A stretch of DNA of 36,425 nt, from positions 1 to 36,425 of IMG/VR virus record IMGVR_UViG_3300044580_000030, one strand, 5' to 3'. This stretch comes from a virus. Lineage: Duplodnaviria; Caudoviricetes. The translations under genes and the position numbers were made by a program. The notes beneath the pieces are model-generated. The model worked only from the letters and a program-made list of their open reading frames with translations. It was not told where the DNA came from and made no database searches. This document shows positions 34,848-36,425 of this stretch, piece after piece. Numbering within the stretch: position 1 is the first letter of the stretch; each line of letters starts with the position of its first letter.

Positions 34848-36425
34848 TTAATTGATTGCATATTCAAAGTAATTCCCGGTGCCATCGGTAAAGATGTTTC
34901 CGACACCATCTATCCAATAATTGCTCTGCGTGGGTGTCTTTATCGTTGCATCACTTATCTTCACCAGTGTAACTTTCGTCGGCGCTTTGGCTGTTAGTGA
35001 GAAGCCATCGATTCGGCTAACAATAAAACTTGCGCCAAGCACGTCAATGTAATACTGTGCAAAGTTGCGAAAGTTAGCCACATCCGACAGCGTTAACCAC
35101 TTCTCTATTGTCCACACTTGCGGATATTCGTACACAGAAGCCAGCAAGTTGTATTCATTCGATAAGTCATACAGCGCCGGTATTGACAATGTAACGTTCG
35201 CTTGCTCTGTGTCGTGCTTGCATAACACAGATAGCTTTGCATTGGTCATCACGGCAATAACGACATTCGAATAAGCTGCATCGCTGCTAAGATTTGGAAC
35301 GTATGCCGAACCGTCTCGAACGAAACCAAAGGCAAACGCAGGTATTTCTATGAGCTTACCGGCAGCGTCGATGTTCTTATTCTTGCATATAAGTTGTTTC
35401 CCGGCATATGTAGCCGGAAAACCTTCTGGCACTTCCCTATAAGCTATATCCGATACTTGTTTGACGTTCTCGATTATCGGTCTAAACTCCGTAATCTTTG
35501 CAATATTTCCGCTCCAGTCAATAATTGGCGCTTCGTCAATTATCTTGTCGAAGCGGTAAAGTCTATATTTGTAAGTGCCATCGAAGAAGCCATAATCGAT
35601 GACAATGTTGAACAGCTTTATCGCTGCATCGACTATCGAATATAGTGTTATATCCTTGCCAGCTTCTTTAATGTTGTTAATCGTATGCTCCTCGTCGGCA
35701 GCATCAAAGTAATACCCTCCGTCGTTACGGATAATGATATTTGGCAGTAAAACAACAGCACTTAAGAAATACTCATCGCTAAAGATGTTACCGCCGAAAT
35801 CGTCGGACATGCTGAAACTTACCCCGTACTTATCGGCAACGAACGCAAACACATCGGTAAGCCAAATGAACGCATGCGCCCCGTAAACCTCCTCGCCTTG
35901 CTTCTTGTACACCTGAGTCGCCACGCTCTCGACGTCAGGGTAAAGCGTCGACATCGTGTAAGGTAGGATAACGCCAGAAGTCGCATCGGCATATTTAGAC
36001 AAAAAAGATGTGAAGCTGCCAGCGAATTTGTTGCTGGCAGTGTTTACACCTCGCTTTGTCCTTAACCAATCCAACAATTCCGCTGCAATATCTTTCAGCT
36101 TCAGCGTCTTTATTTCGTCCCAGAAGCTATCTTTCTGATAGATAAGCAGCTCGATTCTATCGTTAATTGCCTCAACTCTTGCCTTGGCGTTCCTGATAAT
36201 AATTTCGTGCTTATCGTATATGGTCACAAACATTGGCTCGTAAGGCAATGAGCTAAAGTAATAAGCACTGCCGGCAAAGCCAATTGCTGCAAGGTTGTTT
36301 GCAGTCTTCGGAATTGAAAAGTTGTTCGACACGCTTACCAGCGGTCGTGCAGGGTTGGCAAGGTCATACATGGCAACGCTAATACCGATTGCCGTCTTAT
36401 CGTCAATATCTATTGCTCTATCGTT
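34848..36425 (-). CDS. Tail protein (hub/baseplate-like), 530 aa including 23 aa across the junction
   Basis: SNNFSIPKTANN motif; adjacent to the tape measure; true start at 70. Confidence 0.65.
   Translation of the reverse strand, partial: NDRAIDIDDKTAIGISVAMYDLANPARPLVSVSNNFSIPKTANNLAAIGFAGSAYYFSSLPYEPMFVTIYDKHEIIIRNAKARVEAINDRIELLIYQKDSFWDEIKTLKLKDIAAELLDWLRTKRGVNTASNKFAGSFTSFLSKYADATSGVILPYTMSTLYPDVESVATQVYKKQGEEVYGAHAFIWLTDVFAFVADKYGVSFSMSDDFGGNIFSDEYFLSAVVLLPNIIIRNDGGYYFDAADEEHTINNIKEAGKDITLYSIVDAAIKLFNIVIDYGFFDGTYKYRLYRFDKIIDEAPIIDWSGNIAKITEFRPIIENVKQVSDIAYREVPEGFPATYAGKQLICKNKNIDAAGKLIEIPAFAFGFVRDGSAYVPNLSSDAAYSNVVIAVMTNAKLSVLCKHDTEQANVTLSIPALYDLSNEYNLLASVYEYPQVWTIEKWLTLSDVANFRNFAQYYIDVLGASFIVSRIDGFSLTAKAPTKVTLVKISDATIKTPTQSNYWIDGVGNIFTDGTGNYFEYAIN
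36371..36425. repeat. Terminal direct repeat copy
   Basis: Identical to 1-55. Confidence 0.97.

Larger units (their letters stand above)
1..36425 (-). mobile_element. Complete tailed bacteriophage genome (siphovirus-like), probable Bacteroidota host
   Basis: Terminase, portal, Clp-like protease, capsid, tape measure, lysis and replication genes, all co-oriented; circular closure; TAnnTTTG promoters. Confidence 0.93.

Noticed and set aside
667-35645. The many plus-strand ORFs in the track
   Set aside because: Nearly all are antisense shadows of motif-bearing minus-strand genes and show no recognisable motifs

Overview
The window is an apparently complete, circularly assembled ~36,370-bp tailed-phage genome. 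Positions 1-55 are identical to 36371-36425, and a tail gene reads in frame across the junction. Every credible gene is on the minus strand. TAnnTTTG promoter boxes, SD-less A-rich starts and Gln+1 signal peptides point to a Bacteroidota-type host. I found no integrase or CI-like repressor. In transcription order the modules are: (1) an early promoter, a small acidic protein and a ~370-nt structured non-coding leader ending in a terminator; (2) a phiEco32-type COOH-NH2 ligase plus a class II glutamine amidotransferase; (3) recombination/replication genes (SMC-like ATPase, RecT, MBL hydrolase, DUF4373-like initiator, DnaC-like loader), a transglycosylase and VRR-NUC; (4) an array-less type IV-B-like CRISPR effector module (putative Cas11-Csf2 fusion, HTH, Csf1, CysH-like, Csf3) closely linked to a ParB / glycosyltransferase / terminase / C5-methyltransferase run; (5) tail, head and portal genes; (6) a signal-peptide-bearing fibre-like protein and lysis genes; (7) an intergenic origin-like region with about 21 11-bp iterons. 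The standout is the phage-borne type IV-B-like RAMP complex embedded in a DNA-modification/packaging operon, with no CRISPR array, cas6 or cas1/2. A candidate structured RNA lies elsewhere in the genome. All family assignments are from motif recognition by eye, not database searches.
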